Part shown: positions 1 to 10,692 of the stretch, one piece after another
Numbering within the stretch: position 1 is the first letter of the stretch
Layout of the letters: every line of letters begins with the position of its first letter
NCBI GenBank assembly: GCA_963677595.1
Contig: OY782041.1
Coordinates: forward strand, 736,001 to 800,000
Origin: Spirochaetia bacterium
GTDB lineage: Bacteria; Spirochaetota; Spirochaetia; CAKZLE01
Reading direction: 5' to 3'
Length of the DNA stretch: 64,000 bases
The notes under the pieces: model-generated
What the model was told of the DNA's origin: nothing
Databases searched by the model: none
The model's input: the letters and a program-made list of their open reading frames with translations, nothing else
Made by a program: the position numbers and the translations under genes

Positions 1-435
1 CTCTGCAGATTCGGTCTCTTCAGCATCAGCCGCTTTTTCGACGGCTGCAGGCTTCTTCACGGCACCTTTCTTCGCAGCAGGTTTTGCGGCAGCAGCCTTC
101 TCTTCTTTCTTGTTGATGACGCTTGAGATAGCGCCTTTCGAGAATTCGATCTTGGCATTGTCATCGACCTTGAGTACGACCGCATCATCCTTCACGGACA
201 TTACCGTACCCCGGATGCCGCCGATCGTGACGACCTTGTCGCCCTTCTTCACGGCACTGATCATCTCCTTGGTCTCCTTCTCCTTCTTCCGCTGAGGACG
301 GATGATCAGGAAATAGAAGACAAGGATGATTAATCCAAAGGTGACGAAGGTCGTCACCATGGAACCTGACGTTGCTTCTCCACCAGAGGCAGGGGCTGCC
401 ATCAGTGCAGGAAAAGCTGAAAATAATGCTGTCAT
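1..435 (-). CDS. yajC: Preprotein translocase subunit YajC (3' end runs off the window)
   Basis: Manual minus-strand translation from ATG at 435: ...FGLIILVFYFLIIRPQRKKEKETKEMISAVKKGDKVVTIGGIRG..., the YajC signature, followed by an Ala/Lys-rich tail. Confidence 0.93.
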   Translation of the reverse strand, partial: MTALFSAFPALMAAPASGGEATSGSMVTTFVTFGLIILVFYFLIIRPQRKKEKETKEMISAVKKGDKVVTIGGIRGTVMSVKDDAVVLKVDDNAKIEFSKGAISSVINKKEEKAAAAKPAAKKGAVKKPAAVEKAADAEETESAE

Positions 436-601
436 AGTATGATTCCTCACATGTTTTTTATTGATAGTATCGAGAAAAAGTATCATTTTAATCCCCAGTA
501 GTCAAGGAAGATTCCCAGAGCGCAGATGGAAGTCTCCCTACTTCCTCGCTTTTTCCTCCCCCCATCGTCACCAGAGGCAGATCTTATTCAGATGATCTGT
601 G

Positions 602-647
602 TTGACATCTGGAAATTCATGGGGTATCATACGTAAAAGATTACGTA
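602..647 (+). promoter_or_regulatory. Sigma70 promoter with overlapping palindromic operator
   Basis: TTGACA(602-607)-N17-TATCAT(625-630); inverted repeat TACGTAA-aaga-TTACGTA (630-647). Confidence 0.65.
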
Positions 648-699
648 GTCATTTCTATATGGCAAATCTGTATTCATACATTGAGAGAGGCAACAGCAT

Positions 700-1743
700 A
701 TGTCGACATTACGGGAAAGGAACCTGCAGCGACTGCGGGAAAGCATCGCGGGAGAGAGATCAGACGGCCATGCCGTCTTCAACTTCTATACATTCCCCTT
801 CTTCAAATCCATCACGGGAGTCAACCTCGACGAGTACTTCCATAATCCGCAGGTGACCCTCGACTGCCAGGTCGAGGCCCTGGAGCTGCTCGACGGGATC
901 GGCAACCCGGTCCCGGACATGGGGGCCGTCGCTGAGGCCAGCGGTCTCGGCGGGGTCGTTCGGTTCGATGATGCGGGGTTCATCTCGGTACATCCGAACC
1001 CGAGGATCGCTGCCGCAGAAGGGATCAGCGACCTGGACTGGCTCGAACCTGGCGACCCCTACGGTGACAACTACATGGGGCAGGCCCTCAAGACCCTGGA
1101 ATACATGGTAGACCATTGTCCCGAGGGGTACAGGATCAACCCGCATCCGGTCATGGGTCCCTTCACGGTAGGGGCTAACATCAGGGGGATCAGCCAGTTC
1201 AGCATGGATGCACTGCTCGATCCGGACCTGGTGGAGAAGATCATGGACGTGGTCATCGAGACGACGATCAGGTTCATGAAGGCCCAGGAGAAGATCCTCG
1301 GTTCCCTTCACCATATATTCATCGCGGATGACCTGTCGGCATTCCTGAGTGAACCGCTCTACCGTGAGCTCATCCTCCCCGGCTACCTCAGGCTGTTCGA
1401 GGATTTCCCCAACACCCAGCGATGGCTCCATAACGACTCCACAGCACGGCATGTGGCACCAGCCATAGCAGATTCCGGCATGGTCGCCTGGCAGTACCTG
1501 CCCGAGATCGCGCCGATGGATGCACTCGAGTTGACAGGGGGGAAGTTATCACTGCTCGGGGGGCTGAGCCCGCTCGACCTGCAGGGGTGGACAGAAGAGG
1601 AGACCTATGCGAACTGCACGAAGGTGCTTGAGTCATTCAACGGGAACAACCGCTGCGTCCTCGCAGCTGGAGGTTCGGTCAACCAGGTGCCGATACCGAA
1701 CCTCAAGGCCATGTTCAGGGCTGCAGATGACTTCAAGCTGTGA
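700..1743 (+). CDS. Uroporphyrinogen decarboxylase (URO-D/MtaA-like) family protein
   Basis: 347 aa; GPFT motif, IADDLS, WLHND, LLGGLSP and C-terminal LAAGG..VP..NL.AM typical of the URO-D TIM-barrel superfamily; RBS GAGG. Confidence 0.8.
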   Translation: MSTLRERNLQRLRESIAGERSDGHAVFNFYTFPFFKSITGVNLDEYFHNPQVTLDCQVEALELLDGIGNPVPDMGAVAEASGLGGVVRFDDAGFISVHPNPRIAAAEGISDLDWLEPGDPYGDNYMGQALKTLEYMVDHCPEGYRINPHPVMGPFTVGANIRGISQFSMDALLDPDLVEKIMDVVIETTIRFMKAQEKILGSLHHIFIADDLSAFLSEPLYRELILPGYLRLFEDFPNTQRWLHNDSTARHVAPAIADSGMVAWQYLPEIAPMDALELTGGKLSLLGGLSPLDLQGWTEEETYANCTKVLESFNGNNRCVLAAGGSVNQVPIPNLKAMFRAADDFKL

Positions 1744-1788
1744 TCAGGCTTAGGTGAGTGGAGGTATGCATCGGGATTCGGTGCGTCC

Positions 1789-2085
1789 CTATCGTACCAG
1801 CATGACCCGGGTGATGGCATCTGAGGGTTCAATGACACCGAACATCTGCTTCAGGTCCTCGGTCGTCATCAGGGTCGTACCTGCTATGGTATTGTACCGT
1901 TCACGGATGAGTTTGAGGGAGTCCTGGTCGTTATCGAACAGGGCACCGCTCAGGGCGAATCGATACAGCCCCTTCCCCACCAGTTCCTCGATCGAAGCCT
2001 TGCCGTAGGTCTTCCTTGCCTGCCCGTCCACCAGGGCAGTGTCTCCCTGGTACCCGATACAGAACATATAATCTTCACGTTTCAT
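1789..2085 (-). CDS. Hypothetical protein (98 aa)
   Basis: ORF with AGGAG RBS and host-like codon usage, directly downstream of groEL. Confidence 0.7.
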   Translation of the reverse strand: MKREDYMFCIGYQGDTALVDGQARKTYGKASIEELVGKGLYRFALSGALFDNDQDSLKLIRERYNTIAGTTLMTTEDLKQMFGVIEPSDAITRVMLVR

Positions 2086-2097
2086 TTGGCTGCTCCT

Positions 2098-2128
2098 AAA
2101 AAAAACACCTCCCGCTTACGCGGGAGAT
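2098..2128 (-). terminator. Intrinsic terminator of groEL
   Basis: CTCCCGC-ttac-GCGGGAG hairpin followed by a T-tract on the minus strand. Confidence 0.75.
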
Positions 2129-2188
2129 GCCAATCCTGAAGTTGTACTAAACTCTTTCGAGCTTTACTAAAAACCCTTATCAGTCAGC

Positions 2189-3841
<1,653 letters not shown>

Positions 3842-4175
3842 TCAACCTCTCCTATATTCTTTAATAATGGTTTTCAACAGTGATTTGGTATTTGTCTCTA
3901 AGTAAAATACATATAATCATTTGGATTATCAACAAAAAATCTCTTTTTTTCAATAGATTTTTCTCCCGGCAGGGCCGGTTCCTCCTCCCCGGGGGAAACT
4001 TCTGCCCTCTCCCCTGCCGTGAGGACGGGATCCTCCCCGCCTCCTGGCCTTCCTATCGTACCATCTGCTTCCCATCTGCACAATGGGCTCGCTGCCTCCT
4101 GTAAAAAGTCAACTCACTCTTGTGTTTCAGGTTGTTGTGAACTAGAATCAGAGAGAATAACGAGAAGGATTCGAT

Positions 4176-5291
4176 ATGCAGTACCTGATCCAGTTCCAGA
4201 TCAATATCTACGCAGTTCTCATGCTGCTGGTCATCTTCATGATCACCAGCATGCAGATGAGGATCAAGTTCCCGTCAAAGAAGCTGCTCCAGCTCATCAT
4301 CCTCGTGAACATTGCCAGCATCATCACCGAACCACTCACCTGGGTCTTCGATACCCAGCTCTACCCTGCGGCCTTCCTGATCAACCACGTGACCAACTTC
4401 CTGCTCGTCCTGCTGAGCCCGGTCCTTGCCGGCCTGTTGATCTCCTATGTGGACATCACCCTCAACAATGACCAGAGGCGGCTTAGGAAGCGGCTCTATT
4501 ACCAGGGGCCGGCCATCCTGGTCTTCATCCTCCTGTGCATCAACTTCTTTACCCCCATCTACTACTGGATCGAACCTGAGCTAAACCTCTATCAGAGCGG
4601 TCCCCTCCTATGGGTCAATTACGTGCTGATCCTCATCCTCTACCTGTATACCTACTTCCTCGTCCTGGTCAATCGGAACAAACAGGACCTCAGCCGGATC
4701 CATACCCTCGTGGTGATCCTCTCCCTGCCCGTGATCGGGATGATCATCCAGACATTGGATTCCAGGCTGAACTTCTCCTGGACCACCATCAGCCTGGGAA
4801 TCCTCGTGGCCTACTCCTTCTTCGAGACCTCTCCGGGGGAGAAGGACTACCTGACCGGCCTCTATTCCCGCTCCAGCTATGACCGGTATGTGCACCAGCT
4901 CATCGACGAACACAGGGACTTCCAGATCATGATGATCGACCTCAACGGGTTCAAGCAGATCAATGATGTCGAAGGCCACCATATAGGGGACTATGTGCTC
5001 CTCGAGTTCTCCAAGATCCTCTTGCAGACCTTCTCCCGGGAGCAGATGGTAGCACGTCTCGCTGGCGATGAGTTCGTCATCGTCATCGAATCAGCCGGGT
5101 CAGGACAGGTCCAGGTAGAGGATATCTACTCACGCTGCAGGAGGCACATGAACCCCCTCATGCAGCAGCTCCAGTTCAGTTACGGCATCGAAGCCTACCA
5201 GGACGGTGTCACCTTCAATGAGCTCTACATCCAGGTGGACAAGAAGATGTACACCCACAAAGAGGAGCTCAAACGGATCCAGGGACCGTGA
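4176..5291 (+). CDS. Membrane-bound GGDEF-domain protein (diguanylate cyclase, AGDEF variant)
   Basis: Multiple TM helices, then DYLTGL, DLNGFKQIND, GHHIGD, RLAGDEF. Confidence 0.88.
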   Translation: MQYLIQFQINIYAVLMLLVIFMITSMQMRIKFPSKKLLQLIILVNIASIITEPLTWVFDTQLYPAAFLINHVTNFLLVLLSPVLAGLLISYVDITLNNDQRRLRKRLYYQGPAILVFILLCINFFTPIYYWIEPELNLYQSGPLLWVNYVLILILYLYTYFLVLVNRNKQDLSRIHTLVVILSLPVIGMIIQTLDSRLNFSWTTISLGILVAYSFFETSPGEKDYLTGLYSRSSYDRYVHQLIDEHRDFQIMMIDLNGFKQINDVEGHHIGDYVLLEFSKILLQTFSREQMVARLAGDEFVIVIESAGSGQVQVEDIYSRCRRHMNPLMQQLQFSYGIEAYQDGVTFNELYIQVDKKMYTHKEELKRIQGP

Positions 5292-5412
5292 TGCTTCGTA
5301 TCACAGACAGGATATACGGTTTATATAGCGGTTAAGGTATTGTCATTTTCCCGTGAAACCAATAGAATCACCTTTGTCACAGCGGCTGATCCGAGGGACA
5401 GACGCTGCTCCT

Positions 5413-5496
5413 GCCGGCGTGGTGAAATTGGTAGACACGATAGATTCAAAATCTATTGGGGGCAACCTCGTATCGGTTCAAGTCCGATCGCCGGTA
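5413..5496 (+). tRNA. tRNA-Leu (CAA)
   Basis: GCCGGCG acceptor stem pairing with CGCCGGT; D-loop GGTAGAC; anticodon arm ATAGA-TTCAAAA-TCTAT; long variable arm; GGTTCAAGTCC T-loop; CCA not encoded. Confidence 0.95.
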
Positions 5497-5583
5497 TTCA
5501 TTCTTTCCTATAAATCATTACATATTTAATAATTATTTTTTCGCATATTGCAAAGTGTTACCAAAAGTGTAAGCTTTGTTAAC

Positions 5584-5860
5584 TCAAATCAGTTTCTTGA
5601 GGAATCTGAACTGGACGTAGGGATTTCTGCTGGCTTCCATGATCTCCCAGAAGAAATACTGTGTATCAGGTAATCTATAGGCTTTCCTTCTAATCGTCGT
5701 GATCAGATTGTTCAACCCTGCGAGTTTTCCTGAAGAGATGGGTCTCAAGCAAGGTTGAGAATCCCATCAGCCGTTTCTCGATCGTATCAGCAAATGAGAG
5801 AATCTCTGCTGTGTTGCTTTGTCTGGCAATTTTAAGCCAAGACATAACGCTTGCCCATGA
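5584..5860 (-). pseudogene. ISL3-family transposase C-terminal remnant (frameshifted)
   Basis: Manual translation gives WLKIARQSNTAEILSFADTIEKRL / PISSGKLAGLNNLITTIRRKAYRLPDTQYFFWEIMEASR*, matching the ISL3 'SSG.LEG.NN.IK...R.AYG..D..YF' motif. Confidence 0.7.
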
Positions 5861-5971
5861 GGTTCCTTGAATGCCTCATCAAATATCATGCAGCTAAGAG
5901 CCCCCCTTGGCTGCATATTTATAACATACTTCTACTTGTATTTTTTTATTATGCTTCAGTATAATTGAGGT

Positions 5972-7612
5972 ATGTTGAAGAATACAAAAGACACCAAACG
6001 GGAACTAATAAAATTCAATAGTACACATATGGTCACCGGGACTATCCTGCTGTTTTTATTACTCTTACTTTTGTCTATCACTATTATTTCAATATCCAAC
6101 AATATACAGTCTGAGCAAAAAAAGTCTGAATTCATCCTTGAGAAAAAAATCAGTCTTGATGGAGCAGCCATCTCAATTCAAGAGACCCTCTCCTTTATCG
6201 CTGACGACCTTTTAATGCTTAGCGAATTACTACTTTCTAAACCACTTGCAGCGTGTTCTGATGATACCAGGAGTGATGCAGAACGGATATTCAGAAAAAC
6301 TGCCAAGATCACTCAAAAATACGACCAAATCCGCTTTATCGATGCGGAGGGAATGGAGCAGGTAAGAGTCAACTACAACTATGGAAATCCTGAAGCTGTT
6401 TCGGTTGAGAACCTGCAGAATAAACGTAATCGTTACTACTTCAACGATAGCATACATCTCAACAAAGGGCAGGTCTACGTATCTGTTCTTGATCTCAATA
6501 TTGAACATGGCGATATAGAGACCCCCTATAAACCAATGATACGGTTCTCAACCCCAGTCATCGATGACGCTGGAAACCTGTACGGAGTAGTTGTATTGAA
6601 CTATCTTGCCGGGCATATCCTCGACCTGTTTCGGCAGATGTTCCCGGAAAGCTCTACTGAAGGCAGCACGGTCATGATGCTTAATTCAGATGGGTATTTT
6701 TTTGTTAATGAGGAACAACCCGAACTAGAATTCGGGTTCATGTTTCCTGACAAACAGGATACCTGCATCCGTATAACAAATGACGCAGTCTGGTCTCTGG
6801 TACAGATGAATGAGTCAGGCAGTTTCTTTGAAAATGGGAATCTTTATGTATTCTCCCATTTACATCCACTGGAAGACAATTGGATATCCAGCAAAGATAT
6901 TCTTCAAACTGAATCACAACTAATGGATCCTGATGATTACTACTGGATCATCCTATCTCAAATGTCGGATTCCTACTTTAAGCAGCATATCATTCCTGAT
7001 ACAAATCTCGGAGTAGCCATCGCATTGGTATCTCTATTGATTCTCCTTAGCATCGCAGCCTTCCTTTCCTATTATCGGGAAATCCGGCGTGTTGATTTAC
7101 ATAATACGAGAGTATTTGCCAGATATGACTCAATGACTAAGCTGAACAAACGGGAATATGGTCTCAACCAGTTGGAGGTTCTCTGTGAATGGAAAAAACA
7201 GAAAAATGATACGTTCGGTATGCTCTTCCTTGATCTCAACAAGTTCAAACCTTTAAACGACACATACGGGCATCAAGCAGGTGATTTTTGTCTTGCAACT
7301 GTAGGGAATCGTATCAATTCCATCATCAGAGAAAACGATATCGCTATCCGCCTTGGCGGTGACGAGTTCCTTATCGTCATTGAGCATTTAGTAACCAGTA
7401 AAAGCCTTCTGGACATTGCCAAAAGGATGAAAACTGAAATTATCAAACCTATTTTGTTTGAAGAAATCAGCTTCTCCGTGGGGGTGAGTATCGGAATTGC
7501 ATGCTACCCCACTGACGGCAAAACGATTGATGAATTGATTACCTGTGCAGATAATGCTATGTATGAAGCGAAACACACTGATGAGGGGATAGTTTTATCC
7601 TGCAATCAATAA
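5972..7612 (+). CDS. Cache-like sensor diguanylate cyclase
   Basis: TM, periplasmic YDQIRFID...LDLNIE..PMIRFSTPV, TM, GGDEF with RxxD I-site (REND); AT-richer than flanks. Confidence 0.9.
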   Translation: MLKNTKDTKRELIKFNSTHMVTGTILLFLLLLLLSITIISISNNIQSEQKKSEFILEKKISLDGAAISIQETLSFIADDLLMLSELLLSKPLAACSDDTRSDAERIFRKTAKITQKYDQIRFIDAEGMEQVRVNYNYGNPEAVSVENLQNKRNRYYFNDSIHLNKGQVYVSVLDLNIEHGDIETPYKPMIRFSTPVIDDAGNLYGVVVLNYLAGHILDLFRQMFPESSTEGSTVMMLNSDGYFFVNEEQPELEFGFMFPDKQDTCIRITNDAVWSLVQMNESGSFFENGNLYVFSHLHPLEDNWISSKDILQTESQLMDPDDYYWIILSQMSDSYFKQHIIPDTNLGVAIALVSLLILLSIAAFLSYYREIRRVDLHNTRVFARYDSMTKLNKREYGLNQLEVLCEWKKQKNDTFGMLFLDLNKFKPLNDTYGHQAGDFCLATVGNRINSIIRENDIAIRLGGDEFLIVIEHLVTSKSLLDIAKRMKTEIIKPILFEEISFSVGVSIGIACYPTDGKTIDELITCADNAMYEAKHTDEGIVLSCNQ

Positions 7613-7633
7613 CTTGAATCTCTGCGGGTAATA

Positions 7634-7825
7634 CTAGCACTGAGTTGCCGATACTCCTTCGCAGTGGATGCACATGAATACCTTGCCGTTCGAGAACAGC
7701 TTTCTGCCGCAGGAGGGACAGGGCTTGAAGGTCTCCCAATACCCGAGTGTGCCGGTCCGGCAGTGCTTCGAGCGGAAGAACAAATTGCAGTTACTGGTAC
7801 CTGAAACATCGGTCAGTGATCTCAT
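7634..7825 (-). CDS. Small Cys-rich putative zinc-ribbon protein
   Basis: GGAGG RBS before ATG 7825; CPSC...CIHC pair plus extra Cys. Confidence 0.55.
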   Translation of the reverse strand: MRSLTDVSGTSNCNLFFRSKHCRTGTLGYWETFKPCPSCGRKLFSNGKVFMCIHCEGVSATQC

Positions 7826-7915
7826 AGGCATCCTCCATTCCCTGAGGGTACCTACACTGGTAGCAGACTCCTGTTTCCTAACTGTGAGCAGATGACGAGA
7901 ATTGTATGAGATCTT

Positions 7916-8632
7916 TCAGAATCGTGCGAAGCTCATGACGAGTCCAATCATCCCACCGAACACCCCGCCCCAGATGACCAGCCAGCCAAGGTGCTTTGCG
8001 ATCATATCCTGCACGATCTTCTTGACGATCTGCGGTGTGAGTTCATTCAGTCGCGACTCCACGATGGTGTCGACATGGTCCTTCACGGTGATGACCAGGT
8101 CTTCCTGTCCCCCGTATGCCCCGATGAGGGCCTGCTGGAACTGGTCATCCGAAGCCTGCTCCCGGATGAATCCCCTGATCTTTCCCTCGAACGGCTGCCT
8201 GAAGCCTTCAAGGACCGAGGCACCACCGAAGAGGCCCAGCATCCCGCCGAAGGAGGATTCCAGAATCATGGAGGTCAGGGACCCGAAGGCCCCGTCATAG
8301 TTGATGCAGTCCAGGGCCGGCTCGATATCGAGCTGTCTTGGTTTCTCGAGCGTTTCCGAGAGGAACTTCCTCATGTTCTCCTCGGTGAAGAACTGCTCCA
8401 TGATCAGGGTCTTGATCCCGCTCTTGAAGTCCTCGAAATGGTTCGGGACGACCCCTGACCCGTAGAGGAGCGGGACCTTCTCGAAGAGCATGTGGACAGC
8501 AAGCCAGTTCGTGACTGCCCCTGATAGGGCAAAGAACCCCACAGACCTGATCTGGTCTCCCCAGAGAGGAGAGAAGTAGCCTGCAAGTATCACAAGCAGT
8601 GCCAGTAGGTTGGTTGCCAGACTCTTATTCAT
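7916..8632 (-). CDS. DUF445-family membrane protein
   Basis: GAVTNWLAVHMLF N-terminus and HLGWLVIWGGVFGGMIG C-terminus. Confidence 0.85.
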   Translation of the reverse strand: MNKSLATNLLALLVILAGYFSPLWGDQIRSVGFFALSGAVTNWLAVHMLFEKVPLLYGSGVVPNHFEDFKSGIKTLIMEQFFTEENMRKFLSETLEKPRQLDIEPALDCINYDGAFGSLTSMILESSFGGMLGLFGGASVLEGFRQPFEGKIRGFIREQASDDQFQQALIGAYGGQEDLVITVKDHVDTIVESRLNELTPQIVKKIVQDMIAKHLGWLVIWGGVFGGMIGLVMSFARF

Positions 8633-8825
8633 GTAAAGACCCCTTCTTCATTCGTAACTCGAAAAGAATATACAACTTTTTCCACGGGAGGGGAAAGCCC
8701 TGTGATGATCCCGCTGAGACCCGGCAGGGGGAAGAATGCAATAGTTTTACCGGTTTGGCACCGTATTCGCTTGCATTGTGTAAAATGGTCTCTATATAAT
8801 GACCTATAGCCGCAAGGAGAAACAT

Positions 8826-9239
8826 GTGAAGGGAAACATCTCTATCTGGGTCTATATCTACCTCATCATCCATGCACTCTTCTCTGCATCGATGGCTGCG
8901 GTCGCGCTCATCGACCCCTCGTTCCAGTTCACCGGCCTCCTGCAGACCTCGGCAGTCATGCACCCGATCGGGCTCTATGCCAACAGGGGGTTTGCCATAG
9001 CTGCAGCTACCCTGTATGCAGTGTTCTACGGCATCAGAACCAGAAGGCCTTCGCAGATCACCAGCATCCTCCTGATCTTCTTCCTCACAGACCTCCTGGA
9101 TTTCATCCTGCTAGCCGTCAGGGGGGATTCCAGCTGGCTCATGTTCGCGACCTATCTCATCCTGTTCTGGATCCCTGAAGTACTCTCCCTCCTCTACCTG
9201 AGCAGCAGGCTCAGGATCCACAGGAGAAAGGCAGATTAA
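8826..9239 (+). CDS. Hypothetical integral membrane protein
   Basis: About 4 TM segments; AAGGAG RBS before GTG 8826. Confidence 0.65.
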   Translation: MKGNISIWVYIYLIIHALFSASMAAVALIDPSFQFTGLLQTSAVMHPIGLYANRGFAIAAATLYAVFYGIRTRRPSQITSILLIFFLTDLLDFILLAVRGDSSWLMFATYLILFWIPEVLSLLYLSSRLRIHRRKAD

Positions 9240-9333
9240 CCCCCCTGTTTCCTGCATGAGTCTTGCTTAAAAACTCTTCCATTCAGCCCTCTATGGTAGT
9301 AAAATGAGAGCGTGGGAAAAGAGGTGAACTATC

Positions 9334-10692
9334 ATTACCATCGGCTTGATCGATCATACAGTCTTTATGAATATCAATCTGTGGGAGGACCTGGGGTCCT
9401 ATATACTCCCTGACTCCATCAGGCTCTTCATACCTTCATCCTATGTCAGGATCATCACAGGACTCATGGAGGAATCCCTCGACCCGGAGCAGAAAGAGCA
9501 GCTTAGCCAGGTCATCCTGCTGCTTCAGGAGATAGGGCGCAGTGAGACCGGGATCGAGTACATGGAGTATCAATCAGCAGCCCTCGTGCGGACGACCTCG
9601 ATGCAGGCCAACCTCGCGATCCTGGAGGGACTGCAGGAACTCGAGCGGTCATTCCCGGATGCGGAGATCAGGTTCTTCTCCCAGAACCGGTCCCTCCTCC
9701 GGGAGGTCAGCCAGCTCGGGTATATGACCGAACGCATTCACATCCCGTTCAGCAAGGACTACCATGACCTCTTCTGGGATCCCTACAACCCCGAATTCAG
9801 TGAGGACCCTGCCGTAGCCGTCGATATCCACCCCCTGGGGATCGACCCCGGGGCGCTCTGGCTGATCACCGCGGACGAACCGGGTGAGGACCAGCGCAAA
9901 AGGGTCCTCGAGGAGATAACCGCACGGTTCCCGATCGAGGCGATGTTCAGGGCTGACAACAACCCGGCAGGGGCCCCGATTAACTACTCCCTCCCGATCG
10001 ATATGGTCAGGATCATCATCAGGAAGGCCGATGAAGATACGAGGGAGTTCATCAATTCCGTCTATGAGACCTGGATCGACGATATCACCGGCTGGTATGA
10101 GGAGATGGTCCAGCGAAGCAGCAGCTCACTGAGGATGAACAGGCTCCAGGTCGCCCTGAAGAGCAACCACCATGAGACCCTCCATGACCTGAGGATAACC
10201 TGCTCCCTGCCAGAACGGCTGATCGTCCTGCAGGATCCCGTTGCTGACGGCAGCCCACCGGAACTGCCGAAGATGCCCATTCTCACCCATAGGATGTGCT
10301 CTGATATCGATGCGATACCGCCGGAAACCTACCTGCGGCTCTTCGGCGAGGACCTGCGTGATAGCACATTGCTCTCCCCGACCTGGCAGGGACTCATGGA
10401 CGAGTCCCAGGACCGGGATGCGGGACCTCAGGTCGTCGAGTCACAGGATCACCAGGTCACCTTCTCAGCAAGCAGCCTGCTCCCCTTTGATGTACTCTCC
10501 ATGGAGATAGCCTGTTCTTCAGGGAATGACCTGCAGGGTGATACACCTGCTGCGATCACCTGCCGGATTGAGGCTGAGGAACTCGAGATACCGATCACGA
10601 CCACCAGCACGATCCCCGTGGTCATAAAGAGGAGGATGATCCTTCCGTTCGTACGGCACCAGCTCAATGCTGCCCTGGCACGGATGTGCTGA
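9334..10692 (+). CDS. Hypothetical protein with degenerate N-terminal PIN-like domain
   Basis: 448+ aa; LIDHTVF..LFIPS..NLAILE..RFFSQNRSLLREVSQLG follows the PIN_4 pattern; start uncertain (ATT 9334 or TTG 9346). Confidence 0.6.
   Translation: MTIGLIDHTVFMNINLWEDLGSYILPDSIRLFIPSSYVRIITGLMEESLDPEQKEQLSQVILLLQEIGRSETGIEYMEYQSAALVRTTSMQANLAILEGLQELERSFPDAEIRFFSQNRSLLREVSQLGYMTERIHIPFSKDYHDLFWDPYNPEFSEDPAVAVDIHPLGIDPGALWLITADEPGEDQRKRVLEEITARFPIEAMFRADNNPAGAPINYSLPIDMVRIIIRKADEDTREFINSVYETWIDDITGWYEEMVQRSSSSLRMNRLQVALKSNHHETLHDLRITCSLPERLIVLQDPVADGSPPELPKMPILTHRMCSDIDAIPPETYLRLFGEDLRDSTLLSPTWQGLMDESQDRDAGPQVVESQDHQVTFSASSLLPFDVLSMEIACSSGNDLQGDTPAAITCRIEAEELEIPITTTSTIPVVIKRRMILPFVRHQLNAALARMC

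Noticed and set aside
3960-4080. C-rich GC stretch with CCTCC motifs upstream of groEL
   Set aside because: No convincing promoter, terminator or repeated structure; cannot support an ncRNA or ORF call.
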